A DNA stretch of 64,000 nt from a virus: IMG/VR virus record IMGVR_UViG_3300040960_001746. The stretch is one strand, 5' to 3'. Below are positions 22,301 to 32,500 of this stretch, piece after piece. Under the pieces are notes generated by a model. It was not told the DNA's origin. It made no database searches and was given only the letters and a program-made list of their open reading frames with translations. Every line of letters begins with the position of its first letter. Position 1 is the first letter of the stretch. The position numbers were made by a program, and so were the translations under genes.

Positions 22301-22827
22301 TGACCACCAACAAGTCCCAAAGAACTTTCTTTTTGGAAATTTAATGATTTATATTTATCAATTACATTAAATGGAAATGCAACACCTTTCTTATCACCTT
22401 TATTAATTAAATCATATCTTTCTGATGAATATGATATTGGATAAGGATTCTTTTCCTTTTCACCAAATTCCTCAGGTTGTGGTTTAGGTAATGTAGGTGG
22501 AATTGTTAATTCATAAGTAACATAATTATCATCTTGTGGAACATAAGGATTTAAATTAACATTTTGTGTAGTTCTAAAAAATGTTCCCAATCCAAACATT
22601 CTTTCATCCTCATTGTAGTGAACAGGTATATTCTCATCTCCTGTACCAAATATAGGTACATTAATAACTTTACCAATATCATCTAATTTAGATACTAATC
22701 CAGATTGTGTTAATGTTTCATTAACGGGTGGTGGTAAATTTCTACCAAGTAAATTATCTCTAAACTGTTGTGTTGATAATATACCTTGTTGATAAAATAT
22801 TCCTTGATGGTCTAATATTCCTGCCAT
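19369..22827 (-). CDS. Baseplate/tail-tube initiator-like virion protein
   Basis: WFPPY..TFDE....W....FIGRSEPVYTY..T.R..SLSF and PPICILRIGDFF...I.SLSITYD motifs of the tube-initiator fold; directly after tape measure. Confidence 0.7.
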   Translation of the reverse strand: MAGILDHQGIFYQQGILSTQQFRDNLLGRNLPPPVNETLTQSGLVSKLDDIGKVINVPIFGTGDENIPVHYNEDERMFGLGTFFRTTQNVNLNPYVPQDDNYVTYELTIPPTLPKPQPEEFGEKEKNPYPISYSSERYDLINKGDKKGVAFPFNVIDKYKSLNFQKESSLGLVGGQQLEKTIVDKISQVETDQTVSITEPVGNVKDNYVDTLRGNNQFFNTLPNDAIGWNEYNTSTKINGGSTDEGEGVEPTMGTEIRMKTLLSRTGIDQVKFAFELLNRNPYRPLYEDSRFVGTSDEGTNGRYYIGTEKNTNRGALVTKTFDSSDFNGEVDTTGNGQRTSIEGISEPFGEPNKFFWTTGGEQNFNEKTLLYKTQQLVDNNQDSVYINQTKKFFKDKKQNRLISRGNAISESLLIDAESNGNYCRVWTVNDRYNYLRAIRNTGLFTSPEGLNGFSTDTTEKEKSVLLDSGIPKYHPTKLDSTTTRKKFMFSIENLAWADNLADLPISEIGPGDVLSGNKGRIMWFPPYGLTFDENSNANWTSTEFIGRSEPVYTYNNTTRSASLSFKILVDHPRVINGYRGKSNNLIERFMAGCVTPEDFLRSLDSTVSQSTKEEILKKLKEKKSQKVTNLEKKQSEGTINYICPTDNSECEPSDKEYNVSDLDKILSEIEEFLKEQLTSSDPEIKITIDGYSSESKKIAKERADLIKSNLISEIGTKNIKYVTNGVVGNAEIVEVTWENDPDNSKSVEPKEEEKQNAAGTYDPEEVKAIDSLLIDESAYFDFIDGNYPNYFKTISEKIKYFQPGFHSITPEGLNSRLTFLNQCMRQGPSIYDKGSDIQPQNLAFGRPPICILRIGDFFHTKIKINSLSITYDGPQFDLNPEGIGVQPMIASVQLSIDLIGGHSLEGPINRLQNAVSFNYYANTEIYEPRADYIQDGKLNDGIKLSEIRKDILGEAGLNQLVEDLKNEGTVKQEKDAENNSDDADGNGDDLLEIISDGKSKITIKTKDGKEPKDVIVKGSDPNPSNKLGYKFNNLDETLNNVNGTSDSTVDINVDFESNNLVNPDELEELENSLSDASQTLETAKTNFKTFKTKDYKDAYENAQKDFNEKEKDLKEYKKGKKDSIKVTAFLTENKSKTRKVKTFTITSQGLT

Positions 22828-22958
22828 ATATAATAATTTCTTATTATATAAATATTACATCAATAAAATTCAGGAAAATTAAATAATAATTATTATACTT
22901 GTTTTTATTATTATTTATTTGAAACTTGTATAATTTCTTGTTTATACTGGTCCTTGTA

Positions 22959-22987
22959 ATAATAAGGAATTTTTATTGGAAAGTCAA
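22959..22987 (-). promoter_or_regulatory. Early/middle-type promoter in the gap after the tape measure gene
   Basis: TTGACT-N17-TATTAT; shares CTATTGACTTT with the ssb promoter. Confidence 0.55.
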
Positions 22988-23020
22988 TAGTAAAATGAAA
23001 ATAAATTAAAAAATTTTTAA

Positions 23021-25075
23021 TTAACCCATATAATCTGTTGCCTGTTTACTAGAACTTACACCACCATCTCTGAAAGATCCATTCATATGACTAATAATCA
23101 TTTTTTCAATTTGTGGTTTAATTGTTGACATATCCAAATTCATTGCAGTTCCGTTTGGTGAAACAACTTCTATTCTACCACTAATATTTAAGTTACCAAA
23201 CTCCATACGAGACGGTGTTCCTGAATTATTACCTCCACCTAATAATTTATTAGGATCACCTGCCACTACTAAATCTCTATCGTCTAACGCTAAAGAACCA
23301 AAACTACCTGTCATAACTCTACCATTAGAACCTGGTAAAGATACCATATCTTCTCCCCGCGGAATTAAATCTTCAGTACCACTACCCTCACCTCCCAAAA
23401 GATCCTCTGTCTCAGAAATTTTCTGATTTAAATTCTTAAAAGCGTTTATAGTACCGTCTTTAATTTCTTTACCTAAATCAGACATACTTTTTAAAGTTTC
23501 ATCAATTTTAGAACTACCACTTTTATCATCTAACATTTCCCCTATAAATTGTTCAGATTTATCAATAAATACGTCACCTAATTTACCAATACCTTCTTTC
23601 ATTTTTTGAAGTTGTGGTGCCATTTCATCTGCGGTTAATTCATATATATTGGTTAAACCTGCAACTCTAGCTTTCCCCCCTTCTCTCATATTCTTTATCT
23701 GTTCGGACATTACTTTAGTATTTGTCGCAATATCCCTCAAATTTTCTTCTTGTGTTTGGTTTTCTTTCATAATAGAATCTACCATACCATCAGTAACTTC
23801 GTCTAATCCTAAATCACCAAACTCCTCTGTTTCAATTACAAATCTACCATCTTTAAATTTAGCCATAGACGCTAAACTTTCTTTCATTTCATCATCCCCA
23901 ACAGAAACAAACTCAGTTTTAATTTTAGAAATCTTAGCAGATTGTCTAGACATCTTAACCATATTTTCATAGCTAAGTCCCAATTGATCAGCAGTTGCTT
24001 GTAATTGCATTCTAGCTTCTGCGGGCATATCAAACTCTCCAGTTTCCTCATTAAATTGTAACATATTTTCAGTCATCTCCCCAACTTTCTTAGCTAACTC
24101 TTCTGGTTTGTTTCTAGCTAAATACATTGTCTCAAAAGGATCACCAAATGCTTGTGCTATATCACCACCTAACATTTGTAGATTTGCTGCTGCTTCAATT
24201 GCCGCCTCTGGTTGGTAAAACTTATCTGCCATTCTTAACATTTCCCCAACATCCACTCTCAATTTAACCCCTAATTTAGCCATTTCTGTCATACCTTTAA
24301 CACCACTCGCAAATGAATATCCTTGCATCGTATCAATATTTTGTTGTAAAACACTAATAACTTTAGTGGCGTTTAATCCCATAGCCTGTGCAGATTTATA
24401 TGTTTCTAATATATTTTCTTCTATTTGTTCAGAACTTAAACCCATTAACATAAAGGATTCAGTCATTCTAGCCGCTTCTGCTGCAGACATGTTCATAGAT
24501 TGTGATATTGACCCTACCATAATTGCGTCTTCTGCAGTTAAATTACTAATTCTTCCAGACTGAGAACTTATTTCAGTAAAAATATTTCTTAAGTCACTCA
24601 TTGAACCACCCATTTCCAAAATAGCAGGTAACGAACCTTTAAAACTTTGTTCCATAAACTTAGCACCCGCACCTGTCATACCTATATCAACACCAATCTT
24701 TTTGTATTCTTTAGCCATTTGTTGAGCAAGTGCAAATTGTTTGGAAAAATCACCTAAGAACTTTTTGAATTCATTACCAGCAGCAGAAATTTGAATAAAC
24801 ATTTGTCCTGTGGCAGTACGAGCATCCTTAACATCTTTCATAAGTCTATTAAGTTGCTTTATTTGTTCTTCAGTCTTTTTAATCTCTGAATCACTAATTT
24901 CACTTTTCGCTAATGCCTCTTCTCTTTGAGCTTTTAATAATTTTAGTTGTTTTTCTAAATTATTAACTGTTTCTTTACTTATTTCAATGTTACCAATTTC
25001 TATATCTCTCGCAGTAAGTCGTAATTCATTACGAAGTTTTTCCATTTGTAGGGAAATATCATCAAGTTCTGACAT
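23021..25075 (-). CDS. Tail tape measure protein
   Basis: Helical A/M/K/E-rich protein (AIEAAANLQMLGG...DPF) between tail chaperone and baseplate genes. Confidence 0.8.
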   Translation of the reverse strand: MSELDDISLQMEKLRNELRLTARDIEIGNIEISKETVNNLEKQLKLLKAQREEALAKSEISDSEIKKTEEQIKQLNRLMKDVKDARTATGQMFIQISAAGNEFKKFLGDFSKQFALAQQMAKEYKKIGVDIGMTGAGAKFMEQSFKGSLPAILEMGGSMSDLRNIFTEISSQSGRISNLTAEDAIMVGSISQSMNMSAAEAARMTESFMLMGLSSEQIEENILETYKSAQAMGLNATKVISVLQQNIDTMQGYSFASGVKGMTEMAKLGVKLRVDVGEMLRMADKFYQPEAAIEAAANLQMLGGDIAQAFGDPFETMYLARNKPEELAKKVGEMTENMLQFNEETGEFDMPAEARMQLQATADQLGLSYENMVKMSRQSAKISKIKTEFVSVGDDEMKESLASMAKFKDGRFVIETEEFGDLGLDEVTDGMVDSIMKENQTQEENLRDIATNTKVMSEQIKNMREGGKARVAGLTNIYELTADEMAPQLQKMKEGIGKLGDVFIDKSEQFIGEMLDDKSGSSKIDETLKSMSDLGKEIKDGTINAFKNLNQKISETEDLLGGEGSGTEDLIPRGEDMVSLPGSNGRVMTGSFGSLALDDRDLVVAGDPNKLLGGGNNSGTPSRMEFGNLNISGRIEVVSPNGTAMNLDMSTIKPQIEKMIISHMNGSFRDGGVSSSKQATDYMG

Positions 25076-25080
25076 AATAT

Positions 25081-26238
25081 TTATTTAGGATAACTCATTA
25101 TTTTACCACTCCACTTTCCTTTAGGACTAATAATTTCATCTGTGGATTCATCATATACCGCAAAATATTGATCGGTTTGTGGTTTACCTATTTGTGTAGT
25201 TTCAAATCCCATAATAAAAAACCTACTACCTTTTTTTAATAAAACGGTATTATTTCTTTCATTAAATGTTTTTTGAATTTTGAACTTTTTAAGGTCGTTT
25301 GAACTAAAGAAAGGTGAAGCGGGTGGAGATGCTTTAACAGTACTACCATCCATTCCGATAGTAGTATCAGTAGAAAATTTAATTTCTATATAATCTTGTG
25401 AAGTTATTTTTTCACCAACACTTTTATTCCCACCAACCTTTTTAGTTTCATCATCTAACTTTTTATTATAACCTTTAACATCATATGCTTGTTTTAAAGT
25501 GTTAATCATATCATCCAATAAACTCTCACTTTTTTTATACCAGTCATCTAAAAAAATACAACTTTTTTCAGTTTCTTGTCTATCGTCTTTTTTTCTTAAA
25601 TTTTTACGATATTTTTTATCACAATAATTCCAAGTATTTAATAAATTTTCTTGTATAAATTCTGGTTGATCAACTATAGAAGAAATAAAAACAGTTTTAT
25701 CCATATCACCGTTTTCATCTAACCCATCATCAGTAAATGATAAACAATAACATACACTATGTTCCGCTTTTTTACCATACCTACTAATAAATCGTTTAGC
25801 GTCTATTGCTTTACCTGCAACTCTTTTTATTCTACCCAATGTACGAGGACCATATTTTAAAACTCTACCACCAACTCTAATAGTTGTTCTCCTACCTAAA
25901 ACTAATTGTTCTAATTCTTCCATAGAAACTTCATCTGAAGATAAAATAGACAATAAACCATCCTCATCAGTCGCATCCATATCTAATACTTCAATTTCAA
26001 TTTCATCCCCAACTTTAACTGAAGAGTCATATTCTTTTGCAACACTCAACTCAATATAATATTCATTTTCAGTAGTATTATTAACCTCCCCATCTGCAAT
26101 AACAATAAATTTTTGTTTTTTTGTAGGTACATCACCTTCTATGGGTGAAATTGCAATACCACCTTGTTCTAACAGATAGTCTATTGTTTTATTAATACTT
26201 TCTACTATCTTAAGAAATTTATCATTTTTTTCTAACAT
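25081..26238 (-). CDS. Hypothetical protein with NusA-N-terminal-like segment
   Basis: IVIADGEV...IELSVAKEYDSSVKVGDEIEIEV; (I/L)xE leader; late motif at 26252. Confidence 0.65.
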   Translation of the reverse strand: MLEKNDKFLKIVESINKTIDYLLEQGGIAISPIEGDVPTKKQKFIVIADGEVNNTTENEYYIELSVAKEYDSSVKVGDEIEIEVLDMDATDEDGLLSILSSDEVSMEELEQLVLGRRTTIRVGGRVLKYGPRTLGRIKRVAGKAIDAKRFISRYGKKAEHSVCYCLSFTDDGLDENGDMDKTVFISSIVDQPEFIQENLLNTWNYCDKKYRKNLRKKDDRQETEKSCIFLDDWYKKSESLLDDMINTLKQAYDVKGYNKKLDDETKKVGGNKSVGEKITSQDYIEIKFSTDTTIGMDGSTVKASPPASPFFSSNDLKKFKIQKTFNERNNTVLLKKGSRFFIMGFETTQIGKPQTDQYFAVYDESTDEIISPKGKWSGKIMSYPK

Positions 26239-26282
26239 AATATCTTTTTTATATAAATATTAAGATATTAGTAAAATAACAA

Positions 26283-26439
26283 TTAATCATTGTTTTTTGA
26301 TTTGTTATTTTCGTTGATTAGTATTCTTCTACTATATGTAGGCATAATCATAATATCAGAATATGAGTAACCAAATCTAACTAGAAAATTTATCTCTTTG
26401 TGTAAATGTAATAGAAAATCAGAGTTCAGGCCAGAAAAA
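26283..26439 (-). CDS. Frameshift extension of tail assembly chaperone (gp51/gpT-like), no start codon of its own
   Basis: The +1 frame after AAT TTT TTC reads SGLNSDFLLHLHKEINFLVRFGYSYSDIMIMPTYSRRILINE...*. Confidence 0.7.
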
Positions 26440-27192
26440 ATTCGATCCGAATCTAAGAAAGGTATCTAAGGACTCTCCCCCTTGAGTCCTTCCTTTTGTT
26501 TTAAAATCCATACCAGGTGTTATTTCGTCAATGTATTTTCTTAAAGATCTAGAATCTATAATGGGTAATTTTTTTAGTATGTTGGAAATTCTAATTTTAT
26601 CTCTTTCACCATCAATAGATTTGACTTGTTGTTCTAATTTAAACATTAATCTATTAGATACACCCTCATTATTTCTTTTTTCTTCTTTCTTTTCTTTAAA
26701 CTCTACTATTTCCTCATCTCTACCTGTTAATAAAGTAAAAGTTACTTTTTTATTAGTTTTAGGTAAAGTGTACTCAAACTCACCTTTATCATCTGGTTTA
26801 ACTGTTAATTTTTTTTGTTTTAAAGAACTTAAATCAATAGTACATTCTACAAATTCATTTTCTTCAGGATGAAAAACTAATTGTTTATATTCAGAACCAA
26901 AAGAAGTAACTCTCAAAAATAACATTATTGCGGTTCTATCACCGACTAATAAATCTTCAACACTAAAGTTTAAATCTTTGATTTTTCTTTTAAGTAATAT
27001 ATCTATCATTTTTCCACCACTAGAAATGTTAGGTGAAGTTAGAATTGATTCATCCATCGCAGTTAAATATTCTACTTTAACTGTCTTAATATTATTTCCA
27101 TAAAGAATTCCTTGTGACGGTAATTCTAAAATATCATACGGTGTCCTATACTCCTCTGGAATATAATCTGGACTTAATTGATTATCTGTCAT
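26419..27192 (-). CDS. Tail assembly chaperone / baseplate hub assembly protein (T4 gp26-like)
   Basis: ELPSQG..Y, YLTAMDE.IL, LLVGDR.AI..FLR, LP.T...V.F.LLTG.DE, DSR.LR.YI..I.PG, ends FFWPEL. Confidence 0.85.
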   Translation of the reverse strand: MTDNQLSPDYIPEEYRTPYDILELPSQGILYGNNIKTVKVEYLTAMDESILTSPNISSGGKMIDILLKRKIKDLNFSVEDLLVGDRTAIMLFLRVTSFGSEYKQLVFHPEENEFVECTIDLSSLKQKKLTVKPDDKGEFEYTLPKTNKKVTFTLLTGRDEEIVEFKEKKEEKRNNEGVSNRLMFKLEQQVKSIDGERDKIRISNILKKLPIIDSRSLRKYIDEITPGMDFKTKGRTQGGESLDTFLRFGSNFFWPEL

Positions 27193-27243
27193 AACTAAAT
27201 TATATAAAACTTTTTATAATTATAAATATTTAAAAATAATTTT

Positions 27244-29586
27244 TTAAAAATTACATAGATTTTTTTGTTTATCGTACCAATAGTTAAAAGCGTCATCCCA
27301 ATCAGTAGTAAAATTATCTATTTGTGGAAACACCGATTTGAATTGTTCATTAAATAAATCCCAGATCTGATAACTAGTCATGGTTTTTCTTTCAGGATTA
27401 GGCCTGAACATATATTGTATACCATCTTCACCTGTTGTACATTCTAATTGTACAACTTCTTCTTTCCACAAATATTCCATTAAAGATTTAACAACAGAAC
27501 TGTCTTTACCATTTTCTTGACACCAACTTTCGTAATCACTGCGTTCAAAGGCAACTTCCCCCTCATCCTCAAATTCCATTTTACAATATTCTAATATTAC
27601 TTTAGTGTAAGTATTTTGCATAATATTTATACATTCTTCTACACTATTTGCAGAACCATATAATGCTGGATTAACTTCTTGCCAATTGATATAAACTTTA
27701 CCTTTTTCATCGTTATTTAATGTTAAATATCCAGCGTCATTAAATTTTCTTAATTCCTGTAATTTTACAGGTATATCGTTATTTTGATTTAAAGTTTCAC
27801 AATTTCTTGTATTAAATGCATTAGTAACATATCCAAAAATATTATTTACCCTATCTGCAACACATTTAACATTTTGTTGTGTACAAGTTAATTTTATGAG
27901 ACCCTTAATAGACCTTGGTTTACCATCTTTAAAAAGAATGCCAGGTAATTTACCCTCTTCTTTAATAGAATTTTTAACTAAATCTTCACCGCCTTCACCT
28001 AATTCATCTATTATAAATTCTACAATTTCTACTTTTTCTATTAATTCGGTAAATTTACCTTTTAATTTTTCTTCAATTTGTTCTACTTTAGTTTCATCAT
28101 TACACTCCATACAACATTCTTTTTGTTTTTCACCACAATCATCTTTATGACAACATTCCCAATTAGGACAAATTTTTTCAAGTTCCTCACAAATCTTAAT
28201 AAGCATATCATCACCTAAACCTTTAACATTATCCTGCATAGTATCAGTTAAACTTTCAATGTAATTGATTATGGCTTTAAGTGGTCCTGCCAAACATCTA
28301 CCCATCTTAGTAAAATAAGTTTCTTCCTCAACTGCGGCATCCTCACCAAACTCCTCTTTTCTTTTTTCTATTTGTTCAGGAGTAATCCAACTTTCTTTAA
28401 ATAAAGGGCATATTACTGTATACAATAATGCACCACCTCCACCTATCGAATAAATCCAAAATTTAATTTTTCTAATTCTATTATTTGCAGTAGCCAGTTC
28501 TTTTATTTGTTTGATTGCCTCATCTAATGATTCACCATCACTAAAATCTAAACCTTTTCTTTTAAGATAATTTTTATAGGCATCTAAATCTTTTTGATTT
28601 TTAAATTGTATTAAAAATATTTCTTCACTATTAGGGTTTCTATAAATAATAGTTTTTCCCCAATCTAAATTTTTATTTTTTATTTTTTCTAAAGATATAT
28701 CAACATTTTCTATATTTCTATTCACCAATTTATTTAATTTATTTTTAAAAGAACTTTCAACTATTTTATATGAAGGATTATCTCTAAACGCTTTTTGTAT
28801 TTCTATATCTAAATTTTTGGTATCTAAACCTAAATCTTCTTTAATTCTTAACCAAGAATCATTTAAATCTTTAGCTAATTCAAAATCTAAATTTTCTAAT
28901 CCGTCTAATTCTTTAAAGGAATTTTTTAATTCATCAATTGACTCAACCCCATCTTTACCTATCAATGAAATAAAGGCATTTTTAGTGGTTTTTGATTGTC
29001 CTCCTACTAATCCCCAAGTATCAACTATTTTATTTAATTTTTCTAAATGTAAATTTATTAAATTAAGTTCCTTAATACCATTTCTCGCAATTTGTAATTG
29101 AGCTAAATTTTCCGGAGATAAAACATCTAAAAGTTCTGTAGGGTAACTTTGTCTTAACCCATTTAAATAATTTTCTATAGTGCCAATTTTAATATCAAAA
29201 CCCTTTTCTAAAGAAATCTTTCTGATTAAATCTGAAAAACTACTAACAAATTGTTTAGTTGATACTCTGAGTGAGCTAGCCGATGGTAATTCTGTTAATG
29301 CAGTTCTTAAATTAGAAGCACTTTGTATTTTTGTGAAGGCATTATCAAAATTATTTATAGTGTTATTAATGTTATCACTTTGTTTTTCTAATACTTTTAT
29401 TTCATTACTATATTTTGCTAAATCAGTACTACCAGCACTTCTTTTTGCTGCCTTTATTATCTCATCACCTATACCTTCATTAATTATATTTTTTATTTTA
29501 TTGTGAGTCTCATTAAAAGTTAATCTTTTATCCATTCTTTCCATTAAGAATTTAATTTCATTGATATTAAGATTTTTTCTTTTCAT
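27244..29586 (-). CDS. Hypothetical single-pass membrane protein with Cys-rich C-terminal half; candidate internal virion protein
   Basis: Leader ending IINEG; TM IKFWIYSIGGGGALLYTVICPLF; CPNWECCHKDDCGEKQKECCMEC. Confidence 0.7.
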   Translation of the reverse strand: MKRKNLNINEIKFLMERMDKRLTFNETHNKIKNIINEGIGDEIIKAAKRSAGSTDLAKYSNEIKVLEKQSDNINNTINNFDNAFTKIQSASNLRTALTELPSASSLRVSTKQFVSSFSDLIRKISLEKGFDIKIGTIENYLNGLRQSYPTELLDVLSPENLAQLQIARNGIKELNLINLHLEKLNKIVDTWGLVGGQSKTTKNAFISLIGKDGVESIDELKNSFKELDGLENLDFELAKDLNDSWLRIKEDLGLDTKNLDIEIQKAFRDNPSYKIVESSFKNKLNKLVNRNIENVDISLEKIKNKNLDWGKTIIYRNPNSEEIFLIQFKNQKDLDAYKNYLKRKGLDFSDGESLDEAIKQIKELATANNRIRKIKFWIYSIGGGGALLYTVICPLFKESWITPEQIEKRKEEFGEDAAVEEETYFTKMGRCLAGPLKAIINYIESLTDTMQDNVKGLGDDMLIKICEELEKICPNWECCHKDDCGEKQKECCMECNDETKVEQIEEKLKGKFTELIEKVEIVEFIIDELGEGGEDLVKNSIKEEGKLPGILFKDGKPRSIKGLIKLTCTQQNVKCVADRVNNIFGYVTNAFNTRNCETLNQNNDIPVKLQELRKFNDAGYLTLNNDEKGKVYINWQEVNPALYGSANSVEECINIMQNTYTKVILEYCKMEFEDEGEVAFERSDYESWCQENGKDSSVVKSLMEYLWKEEVVQLECTTGEDGIQYMFRPNPERKTMTSYQIWDLFNEQFKSVFPQIDNFTTDWDDAFNYWYDKQKNLCNF

Positions 29587-29599
29587 ATTATATTATTTT

Positions 29600-32500
29600 T
29601 TATACTGTAATTTTTGCAATTAAATCATCTAAACTAATTCCGCTAGTAAAACTAACACCTAATTTTTTTTCTAATACATCTTTTATTTTAGCACAATTAC
29701 CACTTGAATCCTTCAATACCTCACCGTTTCCAGAATTTACACCTTCTGAAGACAATCCAGTATTAGAAGTTAAATCTACTTCACCGATAATAGGTATATC
29801 TACAAAAGTTTTTATACCTTTTTTATTTTCGTCCATTAGTTTAACAATAAATATATTAGTTAATTTAACATCACCATTACTATCAATAGTCCAATCACCC
29901 TCTAACTTAACATATGTTAATCCTACACCTATTTCATTTGGAGTTTTAGTAGTATCGATACCCTTTTTTGAAACAATTAAATTTACATTTTTACCACCTA
30001 TAGAAATAGTTTTTGTACATGCAATTGTATCTGTTACTTTAAAATACATATTGAATACTTTCCCATCTACACCATCAAACAAATTAACTAAAAAATAGTT
30101 ATTATCCCAACTACCTTTATCTTTTGCGTATAAACCTAAAACACAATCACCACTTTTAGTATTTGGGGATTGGAATTTTAGTTTAGTGTTCGATAGGTAT
30201 TTATTATAAATTACACCTAAATTAGTACCCGCACCTAAACATAAATCTTTACTATCTGGTTTCCTGATAATATATCCTTTATCCTGTAAAAAATTTTTCG
30301 CGTCATCTTCATTATCACAAACTTCATTTATTAAATTACCATATAATCTTTCATTTGTAAATAAAGATTTAATTCTTTCTATTTCTTCATTTAATTTCAT
30401 GTTTTTATTTATTTTTTCTTCTTTTATGTCGTTAGGATTTTCTTTTAAACCATTAATGAAATCGTTAATTTCTTCTTGATCCTCATCTGTTAAATTAATA
30501 TCTCCTGTAACTAGTACCGCAGTTTTTTCTTTTTTAGATATTTTTGGTTTATCTTTACTGTCTAATTTTTTTATTGTTTCATCTATTAGTTTAACTATCT
30601 CTTCTGTTTTTGATGTTTTTACCATACTAGTAATCTCATCTAAAGAGGGTACCATAATATTTACTATAGGTTCGATATCTACTTTTTTATATCTTTTACC
30701 ATTAATAATATCTAAAAATTTTTGATATAAATCACCTAATTTATCTTTTACTTCACCATCTGTTTCTTTTCTTAATTTTATTAAAGGTTCTAAAACAGAT
30801 AAAAATAATCGGTTTTCTTCTTCATAATCACTTTCATTAACACCTAAAGAACCTATATACGAATCTACTTTTTCTTTATTAGATATTATGTCATTAAAAT
30901 TTAAAAGTCTATCTTCATCGAAATTACCACTACTACCTTTTTCACCAAAAACACCTAAAGGATCTAAACCATATTTTTCATATAAATTGTGTAATACCTT
31001 ACCTAATTCGTCACTATATACATACATACCTAAGAAAATTGTACCTTGTATTACTGCCCCTCTAACACCTTTACTATATTTATTAGTCATTTTTAATAAA
31101 TCACCACCAGACTCATCAAACAACCTTTTCATATCATCAGGTTTTAATTCTTTAAACATTTTTTCTAAAATACCTTTATTTGGATTTGGTAAATCATTAA
31201 TTTTTTTATCGATTTGATTTAAAAATTCTTTTCCACCACTGTTTTTAAGATTATTGTTGAATTTAGTAAATTCTTTATAAAGTTTTTTCTCTGCGGGAGT
31301 TAATCGATTAGTCCAATTTGCGATATCTCTTTCTAATTTAAATGCATTTTTAATTTTACCTGTATCATCAACATGTTTAGATATAATAGTGCCCAAATCA
31401 TTTAATTTATTACTAAATTTAACACCACTTTTTGCGAGTGTTAAACCTTCTCCAATCCCAAACATACCTAATGCGGTTAAACCTGCGTTAAGTTTCCAAC
31501 CTTCATCAGCTTCTATCACATAACCAATCGCACTAATAGCATCTACAATACCACTAACAACTGCACCTACAGGTCCGAATGCGTAAGCCGCAATAGAAAC
31601 GATATCTAATATGCAATGCCAGTCAGTTACACAATCTTTAACCGCATCACCGATTCTTTCAGGATCATACCACTTTCTAGTGTCACTTACTTCCGCCCAT
31701 TCATATAATTTCTTATTATGAATTACGTCCTCATTGTTTCTCGCACACATACAATATCCTTGATTACCTACCCAACCAATAGATTTAGTGTTACCCTTTT
31801 CTAATTTTCTCTCTGTGGGATATGTAAATACACCCCCCCTATTTTGACAAACGTTCTTCCAAGAAAAAGTTTTATTATATTTTACAGGTGTGTCCACAAG
31901 TACTGCCGCACCACCAGAATAATCTCTTCTTTTTTCATATCTAACACCAGTACCATACACAACATCATCACACAATTGTTCTTCTTTTTGTGAACTTTGT
32001 CCCACAATAATTAAATTATGAATATTTATAATTTCTAAAATATAAAATATTTGATTTATTTGTCTAACATCCATTAATGTGATATCATTAACCTCAAAAC
32101 CTAAAGACTTAAGTTCTTTTTTTGCGGATTCTTCTTGAGTTTTAATTTTTTGATATTCCCTCCATCTAAATATAATGTTAGGATATTTAGAGTTAAGTTC
32201 ATTTCTCTTCCTGTAGCAAGCATCAACCTCACTCTGTGAATTATAGTTTTGGTAGGTGGTTGGTTTATTATCGTTAGAATCATAATTTTTGTATGGATTA
32301 TCAACATATGTAGTACTAGCGACATATGTAGTACTAGCGACATTTACATTGTCATATTTATTTTTTATTGGTATAGGACATTCCCTTTTTAACTGCTTAT
32401 ATTTTTCTATATATTCAAAGTATTCTTTTTCTAAATCCTCATCTGATTCAAAATTAGTATAATACTTAGATATATCACGTTTTATCCAACCGCCAGTAAT

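Noticed and set aside
26419-26440. Canonical -1 frameshift at T TTT TTC
   Set aside because: The -1 frame reaches TGA two codons after the slippery site; only the +1/-2 frame is open
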